Source: Microthyrium microscopicum
Lineage: Eukaryota
Direction: 5' to 3'
DNA length: 20,000 nt
NCBI GenBank assembly: GCA_010405405.1
Contig: MU004233.1
Coordinates: forward strand, 2,829,314-2,849,313
Part shown: positions 1 to 9,585 of the stretch, piece by piece
How the letters are laid out: the number at the start of each line of letters is the position of its first letter
Position numbering within the stretch: position 1 is the first letter of the stretch
Program-made: the position numbers and the translations under genes
The notes under the pieces: generated by a model
Told to the model about the DNA's origin: nothing
Seen by the model: the letters and a program-made list of their open reading frames with translations, nothing else
Database searches by the model: none

Positions 1-1270
1 GCTTTCTAAAGATACTGACGCATCATGTCCAGACAAGAGGCCAACATTGATCGTATTGCCCACAGTGTGCTAACTTAGCAATAGCTACTAAGGCCTAAAT
101 CGACGGACGAGCAAGCGCATGGACGATCAAGATGGATGCCATCTCTTACCTCAGCGACCCAACAGCTTGGAACCATTAGTGAAGATTTTTGGGGGCAGTG
201 GAAAAAGGCTGAAGCATTTGATAGGTGTAGTTGCGATGTTGCAGTGCTGTTGTGCTTCCAGGGCGTCCGTGTCAACCGTTAAAAGCTAAGGAAGCTATGC
301 CCAGCTAGGTTAAGCGGATCAGGGGATTTAGCGGACGAGCTTGCATAGTCTCATGGAAGGGGACCAACAACTAGTGGCAAAGATGAATGGTCCAAAACAT
401 GGGCTTTCACGTTGGTGATACAGCACAAAGAGCGCATCCTAGAGCTCATGTTGTTGTTTGAGCTGCGCCGAGGGCGGCCACCAAATCCGGTGGTTGAGGT
501 CGAGTTGCATGGAATCGCCCGATAGTGGTTACACGACACCAGCAATCCAGAAGTCTGGCTGTATTTGCTACCGCGGCCTGCCTGTCGACTGGCCATGGCT
601 CTCGAGTTGATGCCGGTACCGCACGGGATGGTGTCCGTGGTTGCTACTCTCACGGCTTGGAGCAGCTAGATGGCGCCAGTTGAGGACTGATCAGGTTGCT
701 CTAGGACTCGAAAGGTCGACTCCGACAGGATGGTTTGTACAGAAGGATAACAATGAATGAAAAACAGCAAAGAGAAAAAGACAAGCGAGGTTGGGAGTGG
801 ACCAGACATCGATGTCGTCCTTGCACAAATAGTAGTGGCTCAGAGAGTCACTTTGATTGGCCACTAAGGGCCAGTTCTACGCCATGATCCATCCAACTAC
901 CGTACCGTACCTCTCCACCATCTGATCTGATCGCTACTTCCAGTCCTTCCCACTACTGATTCTGTTCAGGCCACGCAGGCTTGCTCTCACTGCATGATAC
1001 ATACATCTCGCCATCTCGTTACTGCTTGGCTGCCATGTGGGCCGTAGATCAAGAGGCCACGGTCGACAGTAGCATGGGCAAGGGATCCCGCTGCTGCTTG
1101 AGTACCTGCATTGTTCTCAGCTGCACATTGATCACCCACGTTCATTCAACGCTCTGATTGACCGATCGTCCCGTCTCTATCTATTTGCTATGTTCTACCC
1201 CGTCGGTCTTTCGACTCGCCGCGTCCACGTATTTCGGGTGGGTAGACGCTCTGAGACAGCGAGGCTGCCT

Positions 1271-1346
1271 GTAAGCACCCGATCGGAGAATATTCTGCGA
1301 CTTTCGTTGACCCACTCTCCTCTGTCTATGCTGAACCCCTATGCAG
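1271..1346 (+). other. Putative spliceosomal intron (76 nt) of an unannotated plus-strand transcript
   Basis: GTAAGC donor, pyrimidine-rich interior, GCTGAAC branch-like site at 1330, TGCAG acceptor. No long ORF is associated. Confidence 0.4.
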
Positions 1347-4300
1347 GTTTCCGATGGACAATGATGCGATCTTGCAGCGCCGAGTTCGGCTGGATGATCT
1401 GGATGTTTTGATTGCTTTGATGATGGAGTAATCGGGTTTCTGGAAAGCGCTTTCTACCAAACAAAAAGCAAACATCGAGTCTCCCGGTTTCACTGCATTC
1501 GCAACGGCGATTCGAGTCGCCGAACTGCAGACATATTTTGACTTTGTCGGTCCGGACCGTTTTGTTTACTTTTTATCCGTCGTAATGCACAGTTGCATTG
1601 ACCATTTTTTTCTCCTATCGACATTGATGCCATCCGCTCTGTCCTTGATCCAGTGCTTGGAACTTTCATAGAGTACGTGTCTATCCTGACATGTTTTCGA
1701 ATACGATGGGAAATATGGCATTTCTTCTTTAGCAGCGTCGATGAATACCATCGTCGTCTGTGGGCGGGTGCTTATTTGGTTTACCACTACGTTGGCGCCA
1801 CATCATGCTAGTCCATACTACCTTTCTAGAATACTTGTCATTGGCTGCCTGAGAAGAATATGTGGGTTGAAGATTTATCTTGTATCTTTACTACATATTG
1901 TTCCAACCACACCTCTCATCCCAAACTGATTTTCGACTGTCATTAATGATCATTAAACTTTATTGATGAAAAAGCAACCCTGGGTATCTTGGTACATCAA
2001 ACTTATCACGGAAGCACGGCAGCATAAGGCGCTGTGTAAGTATTCATTCTAGTTTCACAATGTAGAGCTACAAGTTCAGCCTTCTGCCAGTACCGTGGGC
2101 ATTCATACCATCAAGTCGGTATACTTGTCACAGGCGCAAAACGCTGATTTGATGCAAATTTCTCATTAAACCACATCATGCAACAGTTGACTGGCTGGGT
2201 CAAGTTCTTTGTTACATCAACTCGATCAGGAGAGGCTTCATGGGTGTGCTCAAAAAGCAAAATGGGCGGATTCTCATCACCCCAATTATTTAGCTCGAGC
2301 GTTGAATGTAACGTTTCTCTCCCGTGTGATATCCGGCCCTTTCGGCAGTATAGCACGTGGAATATATCGTTCTTTGGGGCCGAAAATTATAGCTCCACCT
2401 GCATACCAAATTTCGAACGTCTAGATCGCCCAATATGTAGCTGGAAATTCTGGAATAATAAAGTTTCTGGTAGTCTTCTCTGACGTTCGCATTAGCGTTC
2501 CATGCGGCATATATGCTGCCTATGCGAAGCTCATCAACACCTCTTCGATCACGATGTCGAAATACTACAGTGACATTCCAACCTTGACATCTACGACCAA
2601 AAAGTTTAAACCAAGGAGGTTCACAAACAAGCATTGCTAACTTAATCAAGCAAACTATCCAAAACTAGCCGGCACTAGAGACACAGTGTTTCTTAATATG
2701 GATATTATAGATCATACCCCTTTCGTCCTCCTGCCATCAGCAATCAGTCCCTGAAGATATGTTGTAGAGAACCATCACATCCAGAACAATCTGATCCATC
2801 GGTTACGCCGCATTCAACAGTGTCTTACTGCCAACCGCTGACACCACGTTTCAACCTCTTGAAGGATGAAGAGATCGAGCCCAGCCGGCCGGTTGAACGG
2901 CGACCAAGCTTAGACCTTGTGTTCTTATTGTTTGTCCAGACAAGCATTTTCAGAGCTACTGACTGGTCCCCAGATTATCGGGACGGATCGTCAGGCGAGA
3001 AGTTGGCACCAGAACGTATAGTACAGGTGTGCAACGCCCTGCCAGCTTCGGACAGTTTTCTCTTACTCTAAGCCCCTTTCGTCAGGCTATTTGCCAACTT
3101 GGCCTTTCTGGAGTTAGTTGAAGACCTTTTGCTCTTATCATGGCCCAGCTCTGTGCTATTGACCATGGATTTCTTAGAGTTCTAGACCTTGAAGTATTGC
3201 TCATTTTAAACATGGCCCTCCATGTTCAGGCTCCACCGGCCGTAAACGCCCGTCTGAACGCCCGTCTCGTGAATTGTAACATCATCCGATCTTCAACTCT
3301 CCTTGTGGTACATTACAATATGCCGGTTGAGTCCGACAATCAAACGGGCCCCAGCCTCCTTCTCCATGGGCAGAGATAGGCATCTCGTAATTATGCTGGG
3401 TTTCTGTATGTATGATCCCGCACAATTTCATTGCGTGAAAAGGCGTAAGATGCATTTCATCATGCAGATGGTCGGCGAGCTATTTTCCTGAATGAGTATT
3501 ATTCAAGTTCTTCCATGGCGGCGAGTTTGTGCAAGACTGCATATCTGCAATTATCCGGTGATTACAACGATTGCGTAGTCCTACTGTCTGACAAACAGCT
3601 GTGATCACAAACTCGTCGCCTTGTTTTGTGGATTGTGTGCGGAGAGCAGAAAATGATCTTCAGTTGGCAGAACTGCACGTCCGTGGGCTAATGGGAGTAA
3701 TGATGTAGTTATTAACACTATTGCTCAGGATCGAAGGGACTAGAGGATCTCCCATAGTCAAAGGGGAAAAATTCAGAGCCTGAGAGCCTTTATTGTCTTG
3801 TTGGTGAGCGCTATAGGTACGTGACGCCATAAGGCTGAGCGTAAGGCTGAGCACCGAATGCTGCACACCTGTCTCAAGATACTAGGATACTGCAAGTCAG
3901 AATAAGTCTGTAGCTTCTGAAAACCCAAATAAAAAGACTCCAAGTAATTAAATTCCCATATGCTGTTATTGTAAACATGTGTTTGCAAGATCAATGACTG
4001 GAAACGTATGAAAAACATAACTGGCGTACTGCCATTGGCTTCACTGGCTCACATTTGCTGTGCTCCGTGATCAACTTCTTTGATCCCATCAAATACGTAG
4101 ATATCAGGACTATTCATTGGATACGATGGACGAATAAGGGTGCTCTCATTATACACGGTGGTGGTCACTACCGTGGCAGATAGGAGGGCCCCATTTGTTG
4201 TCTGTTCATTGATTGTCGATAACGTCGATTCAATCTACCGAGATTTCTGCGGAATCAATAGTTTTAGGGAGTAATTTTGACATGTCGAGTCCCTTAGCGA

Positions 4301-4405
4301 AAAGAATTGTTACAGATATAAGCACTGCCTGGCCGTACTTAGTGCTATGGCACTCAATTAGCCTTGTGCTAACATGAGGCACATGAGTGCAGTACCATTG
4401 TTTGA

Positions 4406-5534
4406 CTAGCAATTAGCTACAACTGCTAAAGGAAGCCGTCTATGCATTCGTGAGATGAGTTCAACATAACTAGCTTCATTTTCCTGCGTGATCACTCCAT
4501 GCCGTACGAAGAAATCGACCATAACAGCAGCAGAATTAGTCTTGAACTCCTCGTTAGCCAAAGCTTGTTTGACTTCGTCCACTGACATGAGGTAGAATTG
4601 TTCCACTTCATCATCATTCGGCTTAAGCTCAAAATCTGCTGGTAACTCCATGTCATATAAGTAGAGTATCTCTGGCGAGATCAGATCCTTTTCTCTTCCA
4701 GACGGCGAGTCATACATGGTGATGTATGTCAACGTGCCAACAGATCTTAGGCGCTCGGCTACCATATTTCCTGGAATCGACGCTTCTTCCATTGCTTCAG
4801 CGGTAATGCATTGGACTGGATCATCAGATGCTTTGACTCCTGGAAAATTTCAGTACAAGTTTAAGATGTCGAAGCACAAGCGATCGAAACCCAAGAAGGC
4901 AGGTTGGGAGCCTTGTAGTGTGCTAGGAGCCTTCAAATGTTCTGGGAGGAGATTTGTACACGAGAGAATCTTACCTCCTGCTACTGTACTGTCCAGCTTT
5001 CCTGGATAGGTGAAAAGCTTCCTTGATCTGCGCGGCACCCAGATCTTGATACCTTCCGACGTCTGGACGTACGCCGTCATATGCGCTCCGCGAGCAACGA
5101 TGCCAAACAGAGCATGCGAGAATCTCTCTACATGACAGAAGTAATTTGCACCAACAATGCGATAGGGCTCACTATGCCGACGATGAAGAATCTCGAAGAG
5201 ATCATTGTCAATGGCGTCGCTAACAATAGTATCAAATGCAGAAACACAACTCTTTTCGAGGTCCGTGTCGTCAGAGACCACCAACTGGACCGTCGTTTTC
5301 GCATGATCGACGCTAAACGCGGAACTCCAGGGCATACGCTTCACAATCTCAGGTCGCATCATGCCATGAGGGCGCGTATCCTGTGGGAGATAGAGCTTAT
5401 AGAAGTCAGGCTGCTCATCGTAAGGGAATCTTGTCTCGCATCGTTAGCGCATGATTTACTGCTTGGCTAAGGATTGCTCACCGATCGCAGGCCTCGACTA
5501 GCTCCAAGTAAGACTTTCCAGGCTCTTTCTTCAT
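4406..5534 (-). CDS. Nudix hydrolase, YJR142W-like (thiamin pyrophosphokinase-related) family; 3 exons 5534-5482, 5429-4975, 4839-4406; 313 aa
   Basis: Splicing joins ORFs 4850..5362 and 4406..4792 with an upstream exon into one 942-nt frame: MKKEPGKSYLELVEACDRFPYDEQPDFYKLYLPQDTRPHGMMRPEIVKRMPW...FGIVARGAHMTAYV...IWVPRRS...TYPGKLDSTVAGG|VKASDDPVQCITAEAMEEASIP...PEILYLYDMELP...PNDDEVEQF...FKTNSAAVMVDFFVRHG. These motifs and the divergent Nudix box match my recollection of this fungal family. Both introns are GT-AG and restore the frame. Confidence 0.9.
4840..4974 (-). other. Intron 2 of Nudix gene (135 nt)
   Basis: GTAAGA donor, ACTGAA branch-like site, TTTTCCAG acceptor; removal rebuilds VAGG-VKASD..EAMEEA (Nudix box). 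Confidence 0.88.
5430..5481 (-). other. Intron 1 of Nudix gene (52 nt)
   Basis: GTGAGC donor, GCTAAC branch site, AAG acceptor; removal joins ACD-R-FPY in frame. Confidence 0.85.
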
Positions 5535-5969
5535 TTTTGCTTGCAGAGGTAGTGTGTTTGTTGAGAACTTGAGCAGAGTCTAGAGGTGAGTTTTAGGTTT
5601 CTCTAAGTGCGGCACGTTCCGCTCGGCTAGTGGACGCAGCCGTGATCAGCATGTCCATTGTTGTTGCAGGAGCAAACAGTGAAATTCCAAATCGAGGCCG
5701 AGTTGCGGTTCTGGACTCATGATGTATGACTAGCGGTGTAATTTTCAAGTTGAAAGTCGTGGCGGCGCTGATCTTTGGTAAGCTCCTTGCGGCGCCCATG
5801 AAATCTTATAAATAAAACCGCAGCGTCTCAGCCGCGGTCTTGCTGTCTTGTATTCTTAATTAGATATATAACGCATCGCCTGAGTGTCAAGCCGTACCAT
5901 GATGCGATGGTTCTCGCCAGCGCGTGCTTTTGCATGCGGCACTTCATGCAAAGGCTCTGAAGCTTCGCC

Positions 5970-6590
5970 TCATTTGGAAGACGTCTTGGTCTCAACCACC
6001 TCTTTGACGACCTTAGCAATCAAAGATTTCTCTACCATATGCCCTTCAAATGCCCCATCTGGCCTTGTGCAAGCCTTCATGACTTCTCCAATATTGACCT
6101 TATGTCCACTCGCGCTCAGCTCGTCCACAACCTTCTGAACAACGGCTCGCACCTCATGTTCGGTCATGACCTTGATATCGCCTGCATAGCCCTCCAGTAT
6201 ATTGAGCTCCTCCTCCTCCTTAGCAACCAGATCTTTGCGATCTGCCTCGTAGAATTCTTGTATCGATTGCCGTGTGGTGCCCATCTTCTTCTTTATTAAA
6301 GCCAGCAGCGCGAGATCATCATTGACTGGAGCGGCCGTCTTGGAGCTGTTTGTAATGTCTGCTAGGATTGCACGAAGTACGGTTAGGCGGGGTTTATCGC
6401 GAGCGCGCATTGCGGTCTTGAGGTCGTCGCGAAGTCGCGAAAGGAGGGTCGAGGGCGGCGCGTTTGTGGATGTTGAATATGATGATTTGCTCCATATTGT
6501 TTGGCGACTTGCCCTGGGAAGCTGACATAGGCGAAAAGTGATTAATGAGCAGAGAGTATGGCGGTATAAAACATGAGCGCGGGAAACCAT
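5970..6590 (-). CDS. AIM41: Altered inheritance of mitochondria protein 41 (GatB/YqeY domain), 206 aa, probably mitochondrial
   Basis: First ATG in the 5970..6677 frame is at 6590. The N-terminus is Arg/Ser/Leu-rich and lacks acidic residues (presequence-like), followed by YqeY motifs LLSRLRDDLKTAMRARDKPRLTVLRAILADI, EFYEADRKDLVAKEEEELNILEGY and NIGEVMK. Confidence 0.9.
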   Translation of the reverse strand: MVSRAHVLYRHTLCSLITFRLCQLPRASRQTIWSKSSYSTSTNAPPSTLLSRLRDDLKTAMRARDKPRLTVLRAILADITNSSKTAAPVNDDLALLALIKKKMGTTRQSIQEFYEADRKDLVAKEEEELNILEGYAGDIKVMTEHEVRAVVQKVVDELSASGHKVNIGEVMKACTRPDGAFEGHMVEKSLIAKVVKEVVETKTSSK

Positions 6591-7064
6591 AGTTGTTGGG
6601 ATGCTGAAAAAGCCAACGACGTGATCAATGAGGGTGATGGACGCTTGGTTATAGCAAAAGGAGAGTTTGCTTTTCAACTGAAACTCAAAGGAAGAAAGAG
6701 ATGAAAGAAATGGGACCTTGGAGATGTCCGCATTGAGCTTGTGAGCTTCATGATGTTTTTTGGATTAGACATGGAGCAAGTAGAAAACATGAGAAATCCA
6801 CGCTAGTGTGATTTGAACTTGATCTAACCGAATCAGGGGCTGTCAACCGGTGCATGTGAGGTCCTTGATTGGCCAGTCTAACTCTAGCCAGCCACACTAA
6901 CTCTGGAGATGGGATCCCTGCAAGTTCAACTTCAACTTCAACTCCAAGAAATTTTCTGCCACCACAAAAAAGTCCAACATCCCGTCAGTTCCGAAAAGAT
7001 CTCGCAGCGATTGCTCTCCAGCACGCGGCTAGCCCACTGCCATACACAGCACACAGTATCCATT
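6591..7064. promoter_or_regulatory. Short divergent intergenic region, a likely bidirectional promoter for AIM41 and MPP10
   Basis: Head-to-head genes with 474 bp between the likely start codons (318 bp if MPP10 starts at 6909). Inferred from gene layout only. Confidence 0.6.
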
Positions 7065-9182
7065 ATGGCCAAAGCTATTCAGACTCTCCCTTCGCATACA
7101 GCAGCCATCGACGCCCTCAAATCTACCCCACATGAATTTCTCCAACCCACTCCAGATTTACACTCCTCTTTCCTCGCGCTCTCCAAATATTACCTGGATC
7201 CAGTAGCCTCTGCCGTCAGTAACACTCAACTCGACCGCCTTAAGACTTCGCGCCAAAATCGCAAACGGAAGCGAAGAAATGGCGAGGATGAGGAGCCTGT
7301 TCTACGATTAAAGAGTGTGGTCACTCAAGGATTTGACGCACAACAAATATGGGAACAGGCACGTCGAATTGCTGCAGCTGTAGATGTCGAGGTGCAACGC
7401 GCGAACGAGATACAAGAAGCTCAGCTTGCAGAACTTGACTCGTCCTCTAAAGAGGATGAGCAGCAGTATGCGAATGGAACCATGTCGCTAGATGAAGAGT
7501 CGGAAGACGACGAAGGTGCAGAGGAATTAAGTGAGATGGATGAGGATGAGCCTGGGGATTTGGAGGACGATGATGCTCTCGAGGACTTGGATAACGAAGA
7601 TGAAGAAGAAGACTCGGACTCCGAGACAGAAGAGGTTCAAGCAAACGGCGGCATCCGCAAAACCGATAAATTTGGGCTCAACGATGGTTTCTTTTCTATT
7701 GATGATTTCAATCGAAGAACAGAAATGCTTGAGCAACAAGATTTTCAGGGCGACCAGGACTTTGATGCTGCCAGTGATGAAGAAGATATTGAATGGGATG
7801 CGGATCCTACTGGCATCGAAATTCTTGATGAACCACAGGCCAGGAAATCACGACATCATGATCTGAATGAGGACGACGAGGACGAAGATGACGAACTGGA
7901 TGATGAGGAGAATGGGCCTACGTTTGGCGATATGGATCTCTTTGCTGCAGAAGGAGAAAGCGAAGAAGATGACGACGACGATATAGAAGACGATGATGAT
8001 GGACCACAAGTCGAAAATCTCAAGTACTCTGACTTCTTCGAACCACCAGCTGGCGCAAGAGGCAAATCAAAGTCCAAAAAGCGAACTTTATCTAATGGCA
8101 ACAATGCTGAGGTTGCGATACTGGACGATGAAAACGACATGGAGCGCACAATGGAAGCTGTACATAGGGATTTGTTCTCAGAAGAGTCCGAACCTGAGGA
8201 TGACTCTGAAAGTGGTCAACCCGTCAATCTATCCACCCACGAGCGCCGCAAGGAAGTCATTCTCAAGCAAATCCGCGAACTCGAAGCAATAAATGTCTCC
8301 AAAAAGCCATGGGTTCTGTCCGGGGAAGCACGAGCATCAGACCGTCCTACCAATGCGCTTCTCGAGGAAGATTTAGATTTTGAACGCGCAGGAAAGCCAT
8401 TACCGGTCATCACAAAAGAGACTAGTGAAGAAATCGAAGCGCTCATCAAACGCCGCATTCTTGCGGGTGAGTTTGACGAGGTTCGCCGCCGAAGACCAGA
8501 TGAAGCTTTCACTTCAAATCTTGGAAGACGAGGTAGAGTCTTCGATGAAGATATTGATGCACCACGGAAAAAGGGTCTGGCTGAGGTCTACGAGGAAGAG
8601 CACCTCAAGCGTACTGACCCCAACTTTGTCGATCAGCGAACCGCGAAAGTCAAGAAAGAACACGCTGAGATTGAAGCAGCCTGGAAAGATGTTGCTCACA
8701 AGCTGGACTCTCTGGCCAGTTTCCGATACAGACCAAAACCAGCTGAGATGAACATTTCAGTCCGCACTGATGCTCCTGCCATGGCTCTTGAAGATGCCAG
8801 ACCCAGTGGTGTCGGTGGAGATATTGGCACCTTAGACCAACTGGCGCCACAGGAGATATTTGCTCCTGGTGATGTGAAAGAAAAGGGCAAAGTCGTGACT
8901 AGAGGCGGCGCTGTCATTGATCAGGTGGAGCTGACTCGCGAGGAGCGCAAGCGTAGACGACGCAGAGAAAAGGAGAGAGCGAAGAAGGCTGGTGGTCAGA
9001 AGGAAGATGTCAAGCCGGGCGGCAAGCCTGCTAATAAGAAGAGTGATGAGAAGAACCAAATTGCAGGCAACCTCAAGAAGGGAGGTGTTCAGATCATTGG
9101 AAAGAGAGGAGATCTGCGGGATGTTGAAGGCAATGAGGTATCTGAGGCTAAGAAAGCTACGACGGGCAGTTTTAAGCTTTGA
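7065..9182 (+). CDS. MPP10: U3 snoRNP / SSU processome protein Mpp10, single exon, about 705 aa (alternative in-frame ATG at 6909)
   Basis: Long ORF with acidic tracts and Mpp10 motifs: GFDAQQIWEQ, DKFGLNDGFFSIDDFN, LKYSDFFEPP, LSTHERR, KKPWVLSGEA..RPTNALLEEDLDFE, PVITKETSEEIEALIKRRI, LDSLASFRYRPKP, LAPQEIF, basic ELTREERKRRRRREKE and C-terminal SFKL. Confidence 0.95.
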   Translation: MAKAIQTLPSHTAAIDALKSTPHEFLQPTPDLHSSFLALSKYYLDPVASAVSNTQLDRLKTSRQNRKRKRRNGEDEEPVLRLKSVVTQGFDAQQIWEQARRIAAAVDVEVQRANEIQEAQLAELDSSSKEDEQQYANGTMSLDEESEDDEGAEELSEMDEDEPGDLEDDDALEDLDNEDEEEDSDSETEEVQANGGIRKTDKFGLNDGFFSIDDFNRRTEMLEQQDFQGDQDFDAASDEEDIEWDADPTGIEILDEPQARKSRHHDLNEDDEDEDDELDDEENGPTFGDMDLFAAEGESEEDDDDDIEDDDDGPQVENLKYSDFFEPPAGARGKSKSKKRTLSNGNNAEVAILDDENDMERTMEAVHRDLFSEESEPEDDSESGQPVNLSTHERRKEVILKQIRELEAINVSKKPWVLSGEARASDRPTNALLEEDLDFERAGKPLPVITKETSEEIEALIKRRILAGEFDEVRRRRPDEAFTSNLGRRGRVFDEDIDAPRKKGLAEVYEEEHLKRTDPNFVDQRTAKVKKEHAEIEAAWKDVAHKLDSLASFRYRPKPAEMNISVRTDAPAMALEDARPSGVGGDIGTLDQLAPQEIFAPGDVKEKGKVVTRGGAVIDQVELTREERKRRRRREKERAKKAGGQKEDVKPGGKPANKKSDEKNQIAGNLKKGGVQIIGKRGDLRDVEGNEVSEAKKATTGSFKL

Positions 9183-9562
9183 GATACACAAAGCATCTAC
9201 TATCCTCACTTTGCCATATCTGATAATCCACGATTCCATCCTCATTAACTCTCCCAGCTCGGAGTGATTTGAAAGTATTATGTTGCGAGAGAAGTATATA
9301 AGTACCTTTCTGAGTCTTACCATGAGAGCAATACGAGGTTGAAACACGCATTCGCTATCCACTGTCGCAGGAACAAGTTCGCACTATCATATCCGAGCCA
9401 TCAAGTGATGCGAGAGCTCACACACAAAAGGGTAATATCATTCCATATGGAGATTCAGGAAAATTAACACATTCCAAATCATATCTTCCCGCAATCTGTC
9501 AGGCACTGCATAATCATTTCAACAGCTTCAGTCGCCTTCTTAGCTTTATGAATACCTACCAT

Positions 9563-9585
9563 TATATATATATATATATATATAT
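9563..9585. repeat. (TA)11 microsatellite
   Basis: Perfect TA run read directly from the sequence. Confidence 0.95.

Noticed and set aside
2700..3367. Possible minus-strand pseudogene frame starting MEKEAGARLIVG
   Set aside because: 7 stops in about 220 codons is not clearly below random expectation, and there is no recognisable motif.
3245..3852. Two-copy 12-bp duplications (3245-3267, 3830-3852)
   Set aside because: Ordinary slippage duplications with no further structure.
4716..6525. Plus-strand ORFs opposite the Nudix gene and AIM41
   Set aside because: Antisense shadows of real genes.
7447..9362. Many antisense and alternate-frame ORFs overlapping MPP10 (e.g. 8832..9362, 7856..8149, 8380..8751)
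   Set aside because: Shadows of the biased codon content of the acidic/basic MPP10 sequence; no recognisable domains.
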